Assembly: GCA_035967975.1 (NCBI GenBank)
Contig: JAWQFQ010000022.1
Coordinates: forward strand, 1,699 to 65,698
Reading direction: 5' to 3'
DNA length: 64,000 bases
From: Scytonema sp. PMC 1070.18
GTDB lineage: Bacteria; Cyanobacteriota; Cyanobacteriia; Cyanobacteriales; Nostocaceae
The translations under genes and the position numbers were made by a program. The notes under the pieces were generated by a model. It did no database searches. It saw nothing but the letters and a program-made list of their open reading frames with translations, and was not told where the DNA came from. This document shows, one piece after another, positions 1-11,688 of this stretch; the first letter of the stretch is position 1, and each line of letters starts with the position of its first letter.

Positions 1-2828
1 AACATTCCTCCTAAAGATTCACCAAGATTGTGGCGATCGCTTAATATCAAAATCGCCCCAGGGGTCATTTCTTCTGATGGAACTGGGGATTCTGGACGCC
101 ATTGCCATTGATAGAATAACTCTGAAGAATTAACAACAGGATGAGCCACTTTTTCTTCAGCAAGACTCGGAAGAACGTTTTCCCCGAATTCCATAGGTGA
201 CCAAAAACTTTCGCGTTGGAAAGCATAGGTTGGTAGAGAGACTTTTCGTCTTGCGTAATCCCGGTCGAATCCCGACCAGTTGACTTCGACACCACGAATG
301 TATATTGATTTTAAACTCTCAAGTAAAAATTGCCAATCTGGCTGTCCTTTCTTGAGTGAGGGTAGCCAAACTCCTGTCCCTTCGCTTAAGCATCGTCGTC
401 CCATTCCTGAGAGTGTTGGAGATGGTCCTATCTCAACAAAAACTTCATAGCCCTGCTGATGGAGTGTCTTGATACCTGTATAAAATCTCACTGCTCCTCG
501 CAGATGGCGACGCCAGTAACTTGGTGCTGTCACCTCTTCTGGTGCGATCGCTTCTCCAGTCAAGTTAGAAATCAAAGGAATTTGTGGAGCAGAATATTTT
601 ATCTGAGTCGCAGTCTGCTCGAATTCATCAAGTATTGGTTCCATTAAGGGAGAGTGGAAGGCGTGAGACACATTCAATTGTGTAACTTTGATACCTTCCG
701 ACGCCATTTGTTGAACTACCGCCTGTACTGACTCCCGTGTACCGGAAATTACAATATTCTCGGAACCGTTGATTCCAGCGATAGAAAGCTGTCCTGCGTA
801 GGGCGCGATCGCCGCTGTCACCCGTTCTTCTGTGGTAAACAACACCGCCATTTCACCACCAGCGGGTAAACTCTGCATCAACTGAGCGCGTTTAGCAATC
901 AATTTGATACCATCTTCCAAGCTGAACACACCTGCAATACAAGCAGCAACGTACTCTCCTAAACTATGACCCATAACAGCTTGAGGTTTGATACCCCATG
1001 ACAGCCATAATTGTGCTAAAGCATATTCTAGAGCAAAAAGTGCAGGTTGGGTGTAAGCTGTTTGGTCGAGGGGTGAATCTGTTCCTGGTTCGGGATACAG
1101 GACTTCTAATAGTGGCTTTTCAAGGTAAGGACGCAGTAGCTCATCGCAACGATCTAAAGCTTCGCGGAAAGTTGGTTGGGTATCGTAAAGCTGGCGTCCC
1201 ATCCCAATATACTGAGAACCTTGACCAGTAAATAAGAACGCAATTTTAGGCTGTTTCTTACCACGGACTTGACCAAAAGTCACCCCGGAGGTTTCTTTAT
1301 TTGTAGCAAAAGCGCTCAATTTTGAGTGTAGTGTATCAGTAGAATCTACAGTCAGGGCGAGACGGTGAGCAAAGTGCGATCGCCCAGTATTTGCGGTGAA
1401 GCAGATATCTGTCAGTGACACCCCCGGATTCTTTGCTAAGAACGCCTCATAACGACTCGCTAAGTCTACTAAAGCATTTTCCGTTTTCGCTGATAGAGTC
1501 AGAATATGTAGAGGACGTTCTATATAATTAGCGACTGTAGAGTTAGGAAGTGCTTCTTGCAATACCACATGGGCGTTAGTTCCCCCCAAACCAAAGGAAC
1601 TGACTCCAGCTAGTCCTACACTGGGGCGATCGGACCAATGACTTAAGGTTTGCTGAACTTGTAAGGGGAGGGTATCAAAAGGAATATGAGGATTGGGTTC
1701 TTGGAAATGGAGATTTGGTGGAATTTGTTGGTTTTTGAGAGATAGAGCTACTTTGATGAGAGCAGCAATTCCAGCCGCTCCCTCCAAATGTCCGATGTTC
1801 GTCTTCACCGAACCAATCACACAAGGACTCTCAGCGGAACGACCAATACCAATAACTGAGCCCAAAGCTTTAGCTTCAATGGGGTCACCCAACAACGTCC
1901 CGGTACCGTGGGTTTCGACATATTGAACTTGACCCGGAGAAACTGTAGAGTTTTGGTAAACTTCCCGCAGCAAAGATTCCTGCGCCCATTGAGAAGGAGC
2001 GGTGACACCATTTGTTAATCCATCATGGTTAACTGCGCTACCTCGGATAACAGCATAAATGCGATCGCCATCATTCAGAGCTTGTGAGAGTCGCTTGAGA
2101 ACGACAACCCCAACACCTTCACCCCGAACAATACCATTAGCACGAGAATCAAAGCTTTTGCAACGACCATCAGAAGCTGTCAGCCCAGCTTTAGTATAAA
2201 ATATACTTACTCCCGGTTCAAGGATAAGATTGACACCAGAAGCCAATGCGAGGTTAGACTCTCCTCGTCGCAAGCTTTCACAAGCCAGATGGACTGCGAC
2301 AAGTGAAGAAGAACAGCCTGTGTCAATAGCCATACTTGGTCCTTGGAAATTATATCTATAGGACAAGCGGTTGGCTGTCATAAAAAAGCCATTACCAGAA
2401 CCAGTATAAGCATCAATAGCAGCTGGATTTCTCATCTGCAACTGAGCGTAATCATTCCACATGATACCAACAAATACACCAGTGCGCGAACCAGAGAGAC
2501 GTTCTGGTGCAATCCCTGCGTCTTCCAAAGCCTCCCAAGATGTTTCCAGCAATAACCGTTGCTGGGGGTCCATAGCAGCTGCTTCCCGCTTGGGTGTTCC
2601 GAAAAAGTGAGCATCAAACTTATCTATCTCTTCTAGAAAACCACCCCAACGAGCATTCATTTTACCCGGTTCTTTAGGGTTTGGGTGGTAGAAAGCATGC
2701 AAACTTGAACGTTCTGATGGAATTTCGGAGATTCCATCTACACCATCACGCAGTAGGTTCCAAAAAGCTTCTTTATCTTTTGCTTTGGGAAAACGACAAC
2801 TCATCCCGATAATTGCTATGGGTTCCAT
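1..2828 (-). CDS. Type I polyketide synthase, KS-AT(malonyl)-start of KR; 3' end runs off the window
   Basis: Missing from the ORF track because it has no stop in the window. Manual translation from ATG 2828: MEPIAIIGMSCRFPKAKD. KS triad DTGCSSS / HGTGT / KTNIGHLEGAAG; AT GHSLGEY and HAFHS (malonyl type); post-AT LPTYAFQR followed by LFYQWQW (KR structural subdomain, no DH). Confidence 0.95.
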   Translation of the reverse strand, partial: MEPIAIIGMSCRFPKAKDKEAFWNLLRDGVDGISEIPSERSSLHAFYHPNPKEPGKMNARWGGFLEEIDKFDAHFFGTPKREAAAMDPQQRLLLETSWEALEDAGIAPERLSGSRTGVFVGIMWNDYAQLQMRNPAAIDAYTGSGNGFFMTANRLSYRYNFQGPSMAIDTGCSSSLVAVHLACESLRRGESNLALASGVNLILEPGVSIFYTKAGLTASDGRCKSFDSRANGIVRGEGVGVVVLKRLSQALNDGDRIYAVIRGSAVNHDGLTNGVTAPSQWAQESLLREVYQNSTVSPGQVQYVETHGTGTLLGDPIEAKALGSVIGIGRSAESPCVIGSVKTNIGHLEGAAGIAALIKVALSLKNQQIPPNLHFQEPNPHIPFDTLPLQVQQTLSHWSDRPSVGLAGVSSFGLGGTNAHVVLQEALPNSTVANYIERPLHILTLSAKTENALVDLASRYEAFLAKNPGVSLTDICFTANTGRSHFAHRLALTVDSTDTLHSKLSAFATNKETSGVTFGQVRGKKQPKIAFLFTGQGSQYIGMGRQLYDTQPTFREALDRCDELLRPYLEKPLLEVLYPEPGTDSPLDQTAYTQPALFALEYALAQLWLSWGIKPQAVMGHSLGEYVAACIAGVFSLEDGIKLIAKRAQLMQSLPAGGEMAVLFTTEERVTAAIAPYAGQLSIAGINGSENIVISGTRESVQAVVQQMASEGIKVTQLNVSHAFHSPLMEPILDEFEQTATQIKYSAPQIPLISNLTGEAIAPEEVTAPSYWRRHLRGAVRFYTGIKTLHQQGYEVFVEIGPSPTLSGMGRRCLSEGTGVWLPSLKKGQPDWQFLLESLKSIYIRGVEVNWSGFDRDYARRKVSLPTYAFQRESFWSPMEFGENVLPSLAEEKVAHPVVNSSELFYQWQWRPESPVPSEEMTPGAILILSDRHNLGESLGGM

Positions 2829-2890
2829 TTCTGTATAATCCTCTTTTGATACCGATCCCTATATTGATGAGTCCTAAATAAAATGTAAAA

Positions 2891-2954
2891 GTTAATAGCT
2901 AATGGCTAATGGCTAATGGCTAATGGCTAATAGTTAATAGCTAATGGCTAATGG
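2891..2954. repeat. Heptamer short tandem repeat (GCTAATG)n, STRR type
   Basis: About 9 imperfect units visible. Related heptamer arrays at ~39975-40002, ~42256-42287, ~50244-50268, ~51356-51383 and ~55385-55411. Confidence 0.85.
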
Positions 2955-3107
2955 GGAAAAAGCGATTAGGGTTTTAGTAACTAAAATCTTTTTACAAATT
3001 ATTTGGGATTGCTATATGAATAATTTTTGAACTAGCACCAGAAACAGAGAGCGCAGAGAGAGGATATGATTGTGGAGTGGGTATTTCTCTTTGCGCCCCC
3101 TTATTTG

Positions 3108-3362
3108 CTACGCGATGAGTTCTTTTAAATGATTCGCGAGTGCTTCTATGGTTGGGTAGTCCCATGCTAGAGTAGCAGATAGTTTTGTACCTAGCAGGTT
3201 CTCTAGATCGCCTGACAAGCTAACTGCTGTCATTGAATTGAGACCATAGCCAGCAAAGGGTTCTTGAATATCAATGTCATCTGGATTCAGTTCTAACTCT
3301 TCGGACACTTTGGAAATTAACCAAGCTTGAAGTTCTTCGGTGCTAAAGGTTTTAACTTGCAT
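3108..3362 (-). CDS. Stand-alone acyl carrier protein (FAAL/PKS-associated), copy 1
   Basis: GYGLNSM phosphopantetheine-site motif and WDYPTIEALA C-terminus; GGAG RBS upstream; directly upstream of the PKS. Confidence 0.93.
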   Translation of the reverse strand: MQVKTFSTEELQAWLISKVSEELELNPDDIDIQEPFAGYGLNSMTAVSLSGDLENLLGTKLSATLAWDYPTIEALANHLKELIA

Positions 3363-3583
3363 TGTTATTTACTCCTCGAATAGAATAAGTATGGTCGAAC
3401 AAATTACATAGTTGAGACTGTTAGCGTTGCAGATTGCAACTATGAAATCGTGTTATCTCGATTTCAGCCTCTGTGGACTTATAGGGGGTGGGTTTGGAAT
3501 TTATGCATCAATGCTTTAGGCGATATTGGAGTTAAGCGATCGCCTGTCAATACTGCAAGGGATACAATAACTGAGGAGCCACC

Positions 3584-3612
3584 AAACCCGGTATCTTGGA
3601 GATACCGGGTTT
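3584..3612. repeat. Dispersed palindromic (REP-like) element AAACCCGGT-N-ACCGGGTTT
   Basis: AAACCCGGTATCTTGGAGATACCGGGTTT. Further copies at 7833-7865, 11799-11831, 15899-15931 and 37704-37736; degenerate copy at ~28393-28425. Confidence 0.85.
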
Positions 3613-3699
3613 CTAATTGCTTATCTGAGTAGTATCAATACTTGTCGGTTCAGGGTCGCTGAGGCTTACCAAACCCGGTTTCTCTTTTTCGCTATCTAA

Positions 3700-3863
3700 G
3701 AGGATGTTTGAAAAGTGGTTGGCTGTAATTTTAAGCACTGGTTGATCCCCCCTAGCCCCCCTTAAAAAGCAGGGGAAATCTCTAACGGTCCCCCTTTTTA
3801 AGGGGGATTTAGGGGGATGTAAAATGTGCATGCTACTGACGAGAAGACTTTTAAAACATCCTC
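3700..3863. mobile_element. MITE family A (~164 bp, GAGGATGTTTGAAAAG terminal inverted repeats), copy 1
   Basis: Ends GAGGATGTTTGAAAAG...CTTTTAAAACATCCTC with internal C-run/G-run hairpins; near-identical copies at 40096-40258 and 45837-46000. Confidence 0.85.
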
Positions 3864-4245
3864 TTAGGATGGCTGACTAGAGCACGGGCGATCGCACCCC
3901 ACAGGGTGTGGGATGTAGGGGCTTCGGTTGTTCGCCCTCTACAGTGTATTGCATCCAACCGAGAATCGGTGTAGAGCGATCGCAAAAGTTTTCGGTCTAC
4001 TGAAGTTGTTTAAATAAGATTCTTTTCACAAATCATTTTTATTTAATAAGTTAAATTTATAGTTAACTCATAATTAATTTACACTTATCATTAAATAATT
4101 TAAATGTCTTAACTGTCTTAACTGTCCTTGCATTTTTATCCAGACTATTATATAAGAAATAGTGAGTGTAATATTATGCACTTCAAAAAACTCTAATACA
4201 TCGTTCAAGCTTAAGTATTAATACTGTCAATTATTCTTTAAAATT

Positions 4246-4261
4246 TGTAATTATTATTACA
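4246..4261 (+). promoter_or_regulatory. Candidate NtcA-binding site
   Basis: TGTA-ATTATTAT-TACA matches TGTA-N8-TACA, ~85 bp upstream of the GS-like gene. No clear TAN3T -10 box at canonical spacing, and the region is AT-rich. Confidence 0.4.
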
Positions 4262-4345
4262 TAACATTCAACGATGATCGGAGTGAATGCGAACAGTTGA
4301 AGGAAGGTTAATCATTATTTTTCAAGACATATCGGAAGGTTTTAT

Positions 4346-5836
4346 ATGAAAAAAGCTGGATTTATTGAGCGACATAATTTGTGGACAGAACATCAAAAAG
4401 AAGAGTCTCAAAAGATTAAAGCCCTTGTCAAAGAACATAACCTATTGCTCATTCGCACTGCTTGGTCAGATCAACATGGCATTGTTCGCAGTAAGTCGCT
4501 TTTGCCCCAAGCGTTTTTCAGTGCTTTGGAAAATGGGATGCAAATTAGCACAGGTACATTTTTATTAGATACTGGGAGTGAGTTTGTATTTAACCCTTTT
4601 ATGAGTGGTAGTGGCTTAGAAATGCCTGAAATGACAGGTGCGCCAAATCTCGTGATTGTTCCTGACCCTCATACTTTCCGAATTGTGCCTTGGGCAAAAC
4701 GGACTGGCTTGATTCTTTGCGACGAATACTTTCAAAATGGTCAAGCAATGCCTCTTTCGAGTCGAGGCATTTTACATCAATCTTTGGCAGAGTTGCACCA
4801 AAGAGGATTAGAGCATATTGTTGGATTGGAAGTTGAGTGGTATCTGGCAAAGTTGTCAGATCCAATCATACAACTTACCGATGTTGGTACTTTTGGAAAA
4901 CCTGGCCAACCCCTTAAAGTTAGCGCTATTGAGCAAAGCTTTCAATATTTGTTGGAATCGCATAATCCTCAGATTCACGACTTACTGCTGATTCTGGCAG
5001 AAAACCTAGTTGAAATGGGATTGCCTTTAAGAAGTGTGGAAAATGAAGGGGGTGCTGGTCAATTTGAATTTACCTTTGACCCGATGCCTGCATTGCAAGC
5101 TGCCGATACAATGATGATGTTCCGAATGGCCACGAAACGAATCTGCCGTCAACAAGGTTACATCGCATCGTTTATGTCTCGTCATGCACTACAAGGTTCT
5201 TGTTCCAATGGCTGGCACCTGCACCAATCCCTGATCGACCGAACTACAAGCGAGAATGTTTTCACTCCTACGAACCCCAACGCTATTATATCAGATTTAG
5301 GTAAGCATTTTGTTGGTGGAATTCTTAAACACGCCCATGCTGCTTGTGTTTTCACAAACCCGACCATTAACGGCTATAAAAGATTTAGACCATTCTCCTT
5401 GGCTCCTGACCGCATAGGATGGGGATTGGAAAACCGAGGGGTCATGATTAGACTACAAGGCGGTTTTGATGACCCCAGCACTCGTATTGAAAACCGAGTT
5501 GGTGAACCAGCAGCAAACCCCTATCTTTACATAGCATCACAATTAATTTGTGGGTTGGATGGGATAGATTGCCAGATTGATCCAGGTTCTCCAACAGAAG
5601 AACCTTATACTACAGAAAATCCAGCCTTACCTCAAACTTTGGTAGAAGCCATTTCATATCTGAGTCAAAGTACACTTTTTCGCCAAAAAATGGGAGAGCA
5701 ATTTATTAACTTCATTATTAAAATGAAACAGAGTGAAATTAACCGCTTTTTGGAAGCTGTGGCTGACCAGTCTCCAGAGGAATATTTAAAGCAAGTCACT
5801 GACTGGGAGCAAAGAGAATATTTTGAATTATTTTAA
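4346..5836 (+). CDS. Glutamine synthetase-fold gamma-glutamyl ligase, TdnQ/AtdA1 (gamma-glutamylanilide synthase)-like
   Basis: GS motifs GLEVEWY, ENEGGAGQFE, NGWHLHQSL, NGYKRF, RIENRVGEPAANPYL. The N-terminus FIERHNLW...WSDQHG...RSK resembles aniline-pathway GS-like proteins rather than GlnA/GlnN. Confidence 0.85.
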   Translation: MKKAGFIERHNLWTEHQKEESQKIKALVKEHNLLLIRTAWSDQHGIVRSKSLLPQAFFSALENGMQISTGTFLLDTGSEFVFNPFMSGSGLEMPEMTGAPNLVIVPDPHTFRIVPWAKRTGLILCDEYFQNGQAMPLSSRGILHQSLAELHQRGLEHIVGLEVEWYLAKLSDPIIQLTDVGTFGKPGQPLKVSAIEQSFQYLLESHNPQIHDLLLILAENLVEMGLPLRSVENEGGAGQFEFTFDPMPALQAADTMMMFRMATKRICRQQGYIASFMSRHALQGSCSNGWHLHQSLIDRTTSENVFTPTNPNAIISDLGKHFVGGILKHAHAACVFTNPTINGYKRFRPFSLAPDRIGWGLENRGVMIRLQGGFDDPSTRIENRVGEPAANPYLYIASQLICGLDGIDCQIDPGSPTEEPYTTENPALPQTLVEAISYLSQSTLFRQKMGEQFINFIIKMKQSEINRFLEAVADQSPEEYLKQVTDWEQREYFELF

Positions 5837-6194
5837 ATCTTTGAGAATCAGTACAATGTCTGTTGTATACGAAAACAACAAGATACTGTAATAATATCAA
5901 AAGCCTTTCTAGGCTTTTAGCTCAAAATCAAATCCCTATTTTTCAACCATCGTGTGATTTTGCCGTATTTTTGTGATATATCATTTTGCTCAAGGTATTG
6001 GTTGAGAAATCGGCTTTCTAATTGTCGCGCTTCCCTTGCAGTATTGACTACAATCTTGGCAATTCATGGAGAGCAAGCAAAAGGGAAGAAGCTGGATATA
6101 TTTGTCACAGCTCATAATTAACGATCGCCGAAGCGACGACTCACTAGTTAGAATACCAGTGTAGAATTATTTACAGTTTGCTTGCACTTCTTTC

Positions 6195-7550
6195 ATGAAC
6201 ATCACTCTCCCAAACCAATACGACTTCCTTCCTCGCTTTTCGCGACTAGCATTCGTCAATGTGCTTTCCAACATCATGGAGCCTCTGGCTGGGACAATCA
6301 GTATAGCGTTCTTGGGTCATCTGAGCAAAATCGATCATCTAGCAGGAGTGACTCTTTGTGCCACCCTATTTAGCGTAATATATTCGATTATCAGCTTTTT
6401 ACGGATGGGAATCACTGGAGTGACAGCGCAAGCGGTGGGACGGGATGACCATGAGGAGATGCTACTTGTTGGACTGCGAAATGGTTTGATTGCACTGGGT
6501 ATAGGCGGACTGTTTCTATTGTTGCAATATCCTCTGCAACAGTTATGGTTTGGCATCATGAGTGCGACTCCAGAAGTTAAGGCATCAGGTATTGACTATT
6601 TCTATGCCCGAATCTGGGGAGCGCCTGCGGTTGTCCTCAATTTAGTGATAATCGGGTGGTTTCTCGGACGGGAGATGAGTGGCTGTGTATTGCTGATGTC
6701 GATGGTGTGTAATGTGGCTAATATTGCGTTTGATTACCTGTTTATTGTCCATTGGGACTGGGCAAGCACGGGGGCTGGTTGTTCCCAGACAATAAGCCAG
6801 TATCTCATGTTAGTGGTAGGCATAACTTTAGCAAGTCTTAAAACTGACTGGAAGGACGCTCCACATGCAGTCAAAAAGTTTTGGAATGCTAATGCTTTTA
6901 AAGCGGCTTTGACCCTCAATAGTAATCTCTTCATTAGGTCTTCAGCTAATGTGTTTGTCTGGACCGTTTTCACGGCTCTGAGTTCTACAATGGGGACAAC
7001 TGTCTTGGCTGAAAATGCCTTACTCTTACAAATACTCTTGATTTCCGTCTACATTTTTGAGGGAATAGGATTTGCTGCGGAGACTTTGAGCGGAAAGTTT
7101 AAAGGACAACAAGCAAATGAGCGGTTATTACCCGTATTGCAAGTAACGGTAGGAAGCAGCTTACAGTTAGGACTAATTATTGCCCTAGTGTGTATCCTGT
7201 TTCCTGAGACAGTTTTTGGGTTATTAACCAATCACAACGAGGTAACTTCGCTTATTAAAAACTATCTTCCTTGGCTATTCTTCGTGCTGGAATTGTTGTC
7301 AGTTTCTCTGATACTAGATGGCTACTTTGCGGGTTTAGCCTTAGGGGTAGAAATACGCAACGCCTCATTAAGCGGAGCGATGTTGGGATTTTTACCCCTA
7401 GCGCTCGTGGCATGGTATTATCATGACAATTATATTTTATGGTTTGCTGTGTCAGTGTCAATGGTAACAAAATTAATAGTGCTTGGGGTACAGGTGCAAA
7501 AGACATTGAAGGATCAACCAGATGTTTTTACAGGCGAGTCTTCTGTCTAA
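6195..7550 (+). CDS. MATE (DinF-like) efflux transporter
   Basis: 451 aa with ~12 hydrophobic segments; FLRMGITGVTAQAVG and YFYARIWGAPA are DinF-type motifs. Confidence 0.9.
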   Translation: MNITLPNQYDFLPRFSRLAFVNVLSNIMEPLAGTISIAFLGHLSKIDHLAGVTLCATLFSVIYSIISFLRMGITGVTAQAVGRDDHEEMLLVGLRNGLIALGIGGLFLLLQYPLQQLWFGIMSATPEVKASGIDYFYARIWGAPAVVLNLVIIGWFLGREMSGCVLLMSMVCNVANIAFDYLFIVHWDWASTGAGCSQTISQYLMLVVGITLASLKTDWKDAPHAVKKFWNANAFKAALTLNSNLFIRSSANVFVWTVFTALSSTMGTTVLAENALLLQILLISVYIFEGIGFAAETLSGKFKGQQANERLLPVLQVTVGSSLQLGLIIALVCILFPETVFGLLTNHNEVTSLIKNYLPWLFFVLELLSVSLILDGYFAGLALGVEIRNASLSGAMLGFLPLALVAWYYHDNYILWFAVSVSMVTKLIVLGVQVQKTLKDQPDVFTGESSV

Positions 7551-7968
7551 ATTACGCATAACGGATCTGGCGTATTGCTGGATCGTCAAAACCATTACTA
7601 AATCCATTGCTTCAGCTAGCTTTTTATCAGCCTATCAAAAGTCTCACCAAACGCACCATCTTGAGACTCTCCCAAAATCTCGCACAATTCTGCACCCTGA
7701 TTTTGCTGACGCCCTTGGCGCAACTCTTCAAAAGAGCGAAATACGTGGTTGGTGATTCTTGTATACTAGTGCAAGAAATTATGTAGCAATCATAAACTAT
7801 TTGTGAGAAGATACTGATCTCCAGTGAGCCTCAGAAACCCGGTATCTCAAAGATACCGGGTTTCTATAATCTCACGAATGATTTCAGATTACTATATTAC
7901 CAAAAGACCTACTGGACTCAATGTTAGATTGCTGTTATTCAGTAGCTTCTACTCTTAAGGAGAATGTC

Positions 7969-10900
7969 ATGTCTGAACGGGCAGAGTCTTTATACAGGTT
8001 GCATGGATTGGGGATTGTTATCTGTAGTGCAATAGTTTTATGGTCAAGTAGCTTATGGGCTCAGGTCGTACCAGATAATACTCTTCCTCAAAATTCTAAT
8101 GTCACGACAGATGGTAACACCTTCAACATCAATGGTGGAAGCCAAGCAGGTAGTAATTTGTTTCACAGCTTCCAACAGTTTTCCGTTCCTACTGGCAAAC
8201 AAGCAATATTTAACAATACTCTAGACATACAGAATATTATTAGCAGGGTCACAGGTAGGTCGATTTCTAATATTGATGGATTGATTCGAGCTTCGGGAAC
8301 AGCAAATTTGTTTCTGATTAATCCCAATGGAATCATCTTTGGTTCAAATGCCAGATTAGATATTGGGGGTTCGTTTATTGGAAGTAGTGCTTCTAGTTTG
8401 AAGTTTGCGGATGGGACACAATTGGATGTGAGCAATCCCAGCGCTACGCCGTTGTTAACAATGAGTGTACCATCGGGATTGCAGTTTGGAAACCGGACAA
8501 GTGGTGCCATTGTTAATGCAGGGAACTTAAGGGTTCGTCCGCAACAAAACTTAACTTTACTGGGGAGCAAAATCATCAACACTGGACAACTGAGCGCACC
8601 AGGGGGTGAGGTCACTTTAGGAGCACTAGCGGGTGTCGGTGAAGCTCGGTTTGGACAAGCAGGCTCAGTCTTGAGTCTCAAAATTCTGGGTGAAAATCAA
8701 GTAAATAATCATACATTAGGTGGAGAGACAATATCATCAAACCCATCTTGGCCAGTGGAATTAGCTGGAATACCAGTACCGAATCAACCAGGAACTGCGA
8801 TCGCCACAGGTAGTATTGATGTCTCTGGTCAAGTAGGAGGTAGCGTAAAAATACTGGGAGAGCAAGTAGGAGTGTATCCAGGGACACTCATCAACGCTTC
8901 TGGAGATAGTGGCGGGGGTCAAGTTTTGCTTGGTGGAGATTACCAAGGACGAGGAGAACTGCTCAACGCCACTGCAATCTATGTCAGTCCCAGTGCGACG
9001 ATTCAAGCCAATGCCCAGACTCAAGGCAATGGTGGTAAGATTGTGGTCTGGAGCGATCGCTCTACCCGCGCCTATGGTAGTTTCCAGGCAAAAGGAGGGG
9101 CGCAGTCTGGGAATGGAGGCTTGATTGAAACATCGAGTGCTAAGTTTCTGGATATCACAGGTATTAAAGTAGACGCCAGTGCAACTTCTGGTTTCGGTGG
9201 AACTTGGTTACTCGACCCACGCAATGTCACCTTAGCTTACACTGATACGGTAAATACTACCATCAGTGGTGATAATGGCAACATATTCACAGCCACAGGG
9301 GATGATGCGGTGGTAAATATCCCAGACATAGAAACACAATTGAATGCTGGAACAAATGTAACCATTAGTACAGGCAGCACTGGAAATCAAGATGGTAATA
9401 TCATTGCCGATGGGTTCGGTATCACCAAATCGACAGCAAGCCCGGTGACTTTGACTCTTCAAGCCGCAAATGATATTAATTTACAAAATTTTGGGCTCAA
9501 TTCCAATAATGGTTTTCTTAATATTCAACTGCTTGCAGATAGCGATGGGAATGGTCAGGGCAATATCAACATCAGCAGTGGTGGAATTCAAACCGCAGGA
9601 GGACAGTTTACCGCAACTGCAGGGGGTACTTTTTCTTTAAAAAGTGCTGGTATCAAAAGTGATAATTCTAGTAATAATAATGCTGCACCCATTGTTCTGA
9701 CTGCTGATGCAATTACTTTGGAAAGTACGGGGATTGATAGTAATACGACTTCCGATGCTAAAGCTGGTGATATCACTGTTAGCGCTAACTCAATTTCACT
9801 CTTAGGTAGCAGTGGTATTAATAGTAACAGTAATGGTCGGGGTCAAGCTGGTACAGTCAACATTAAGACAGGTGGACTTCTGCTTCAAAACCAAAGCGGC
9901 ATTGGCAGCACTGCCAAGAATAGTGGCAATGCTGGAGATGTAAACATCACAGCTGATATTATTAAAGTCAGCAACCAAGGTGGGATAAAAAGCGACACAG
10001 AAGCTCAGGGTAACGCCGGAACCATCTCTTTGAAAACTGGTTCTCTTACCGTGGAAAATATGAGTGGTATTAGCAGCAATGCTTTGAGTAACAGTACGGG
10101 TAATGCAGGAACAATCAATATTACTGCTGACTCTGTTGCCATCCAGGGAAAGCAAGGAGGAATCAGTAGTAATACAGAAGGACAGGGTAATGCTGGCACC
10201 ATCAATATCAATACCACCTCTTTTTCAATGAGAGCATCAGAAAGTGGTGTTTCTACTGATGCTAGGGAGAATAGCACAGGTAATGCTGGACGCATTAACA
10301 TTATTGCTGATTCCATTTTGATAGAAAGCAATGAAAAAGGTGCTGGGATTAGCAGTGAAACTCGCAGTAGTGGTAACGCTGGCGAAATAAAAGTTAAAAC
10401 TAACACACTTACACTTAGAAATGGCAGCAATATTACCACGAGTACCTTTAATGACCAGACCACAGGTAACGCAGGAAGAGTTGAAGTAGAGGCAAAATCC
10501 GTTTTATTTGAAAACGATATTCCTGGTATAAACAGTGGTTTGGGCAGTGTGACTCGGGGAACGGGCAAAGGTGGGGAAATTATTCTCAATGCAGACACTA
10601 TTGTATTCCGAAATCGAGGAGGAATTGGAATCAACACCGAAGGTCAAGGAGATGCGGGAACACTGAGGCTAACAGCTAATTCGTTGGAGATAGATGGCGG
10701 AGGAATTGCTAGTGAAAATCGGGGTAATGGTACAGGAGGAAATATTAATTTAAGGATTAATGGACAGTTATTTGTACGTAATGCAAGCATATCCGCGTCT
10801 TCTAAATCAACCGATACTAGTAACACCCTCTTAGGTGCAGCGGGCAATATTGATATTGAGGCTAACTCCTTACGTTTGGATAATGGTTTTATTCAAGGAG

Positions 10901-11688
10901 AAACAACCTCAGGGGATGGCGGTAATATTCAATTGCGCGTGTCTGACTTATTAGTGCTACGACGGAACAGTCAAATTTCTACTACCGCAGGTACCGCAAA
11001 TGCTGGAGGTAATGGTGGTAACATTACTATTGATGCTCGCAATGGCTTCATCGTTGCTGTTCCTAATGAAAATAGTGACATTACTGCCAATGCGTTTAGC
11101 GGTGACGGTGGGTTTATTAATATCAACGCCATTAACATCTTCGGGTTGCAGCTACGTAGTGGAGCAGACATAGTGAAATTATTAGGAACAACTGACCCAA
11201 CCAAACTCGATCCACGCCAGCTACGAACAAGTGACATTACGGCATTTTCTCAGCAAAATCCTTTTCTAAATACATTCGCTGGAAGGATAGAAGAACCTAA
11301 CTTTGACTTAGGATTAGTGGAACTGCCTATAGTGTTAGCTGATGCCTCAAATTTAGTCAATACTGGCTGTTCTGCCATTGCTAGCACAATCGACGCACAA
11401 GGAAGCAAATTTGTTATCACTGGACGTGGCGGGTTACCGCCTTCTCCGGACGATTTCCTTAGTCCTGATGTCTTGTGGTCTGATACTCGTGTGTCAAATC
11501 TGACATCACAACAGCAGCGCCCAATCAAACCGACAACTCAATCACTTTCCAATTCAGATGTTGTGGAAATTGTACCTGCTACTGGTTGGGTATTCAATGG
11601 CAACGGTGAAGTGACTCTTATCTCCCATGCATCTGGTGCTACTGCTACTGGTTCTACTCCCGCTACTTCTAACGGTAAATGTAGGTGA
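7969..11688 (+). CDS. Filamentous haemagglutinin-like two-partner-secretion exoprotein (TpsA), copy 1
   Basis: Signal peptide ending LWA-QVVPD; TPS domain ([27 protein letters not shown]); G-N-A-G-x-I-x-I beta-helix repeats; cyanobacterial C-terminal [10 protein letters not shown]...ATGWVFN. Start placed after the AAGGAG RBS (ORF track start 7921). Confidence 0.92.
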   Translation: MSERAESLYRLHGLGIVICSAIVLWSSSLWAQVVPDNTLPQNSNVTTDGNTFNINGGSQAGSNLFHSFQQFSVPTGKQAIFNNTLDIQNIISRVTGRSISNIDGLIRASGTANLFLINPNGIIFGSNARLDIGGSFIGSSASSLKFADGTQLDVSNPSATPLLTMSVPSGLQFGNRTSGAIVNAGNLRVRPQQNLTLLGSKIINTGQLSAPGGEVTLGALAGVGEARFGQAGSVLSLKILGENQVNNHTLGGETISSNPSWPVELAGIPVPNQPGTAIATGSIDVSGQVGGSVKILGEQVGVYPGTLINASGDSGGGQVLLGGDYQGRGELLNATAIYVSPSATIQANAQTQGNGGKIVVWSDRSTRAYGSFQAKGGAQSGNGGLIETSSAKFLDITGIKVDASATSGFGGTWLLDPRNVTLAYTDTVNTTISGDNGNIFTATGDDAVVNIPDIETQLNAGTNVTISTGSTGNQDGNIIADGFGITKSTASPVTLTLQAANDINLQNFGLNSNNGFLNIQLLADSDGNGQGNINISSGGIQTAGGQFTATAGGTFSLKSAGIKSDNSSNNNAAPIVLTADAITLESTGIDSNTTSDAKAGDITVSANSISLLGSSGINSNSNGRGQAGTVNIKTGGLLLQNQSGIGSTAKNSGNAGDVNITADIIKVSNQGGIKSDTEAQGNAGTISLKTGSLTVENMSGISSNALSNSTGNAGTINITADSVAIQGKQGGISSNTEGQGNAGTININTTSFSMRASESGVSTDARENSTGNAGRINIIADSILIESNEKGAGISSETRSSGNAGEIKVKTNTLTLRNGSNITTSTFNDQTTGNAGRVEVEAKSVLFENDIPGINSGLGSVTRGTGKGGEIILNADTIVFRNRGGIGINTEGQGDAGTLRLTANSLEIDGGGIASENRGNGTGGNINLRINGQLFVRNASISASSKSTDTSNTLLGAAGNIDIEANSLRLDNGFIQGETTSGDGGNIQLRVSDLLVLRRNSQISTTAGTANAGGNGGNITIDARNGFIVAVPNENSDITANAFSGDGGFININAINIFGLQLRSGADIVKLLGTTDPTKLDPRQLRTSDITAFSQQNPFLNTFAGRIEEPNFDLGLVELPIVLADASNLVNTGCSAIASTIDAQGSKFVITGRGGLPPSPDDFLSPDVLWSDTRVSNLTSQQQRPIKPTTQSLSNSDVVEIVPATGWVFNGNGEVTLISHASGATATGSTPATSNGKCR

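Noticed and set aside
4346-5836. Housekeeping glutamine synthetase glnA
   Set aside because: Lacks the GSI-beta N-terminal and adenylylation-region features and has the FIERH..W extension of GS-like glutamyl ligases.
3548-6046. Composite transposon formed by family-B TIRs around the GS-like gene
   Set aside because: The ends face inward, but the flanks (GATCGCCTGT versus ACTACAATCT) show no target duplication; probably independent solo ends.
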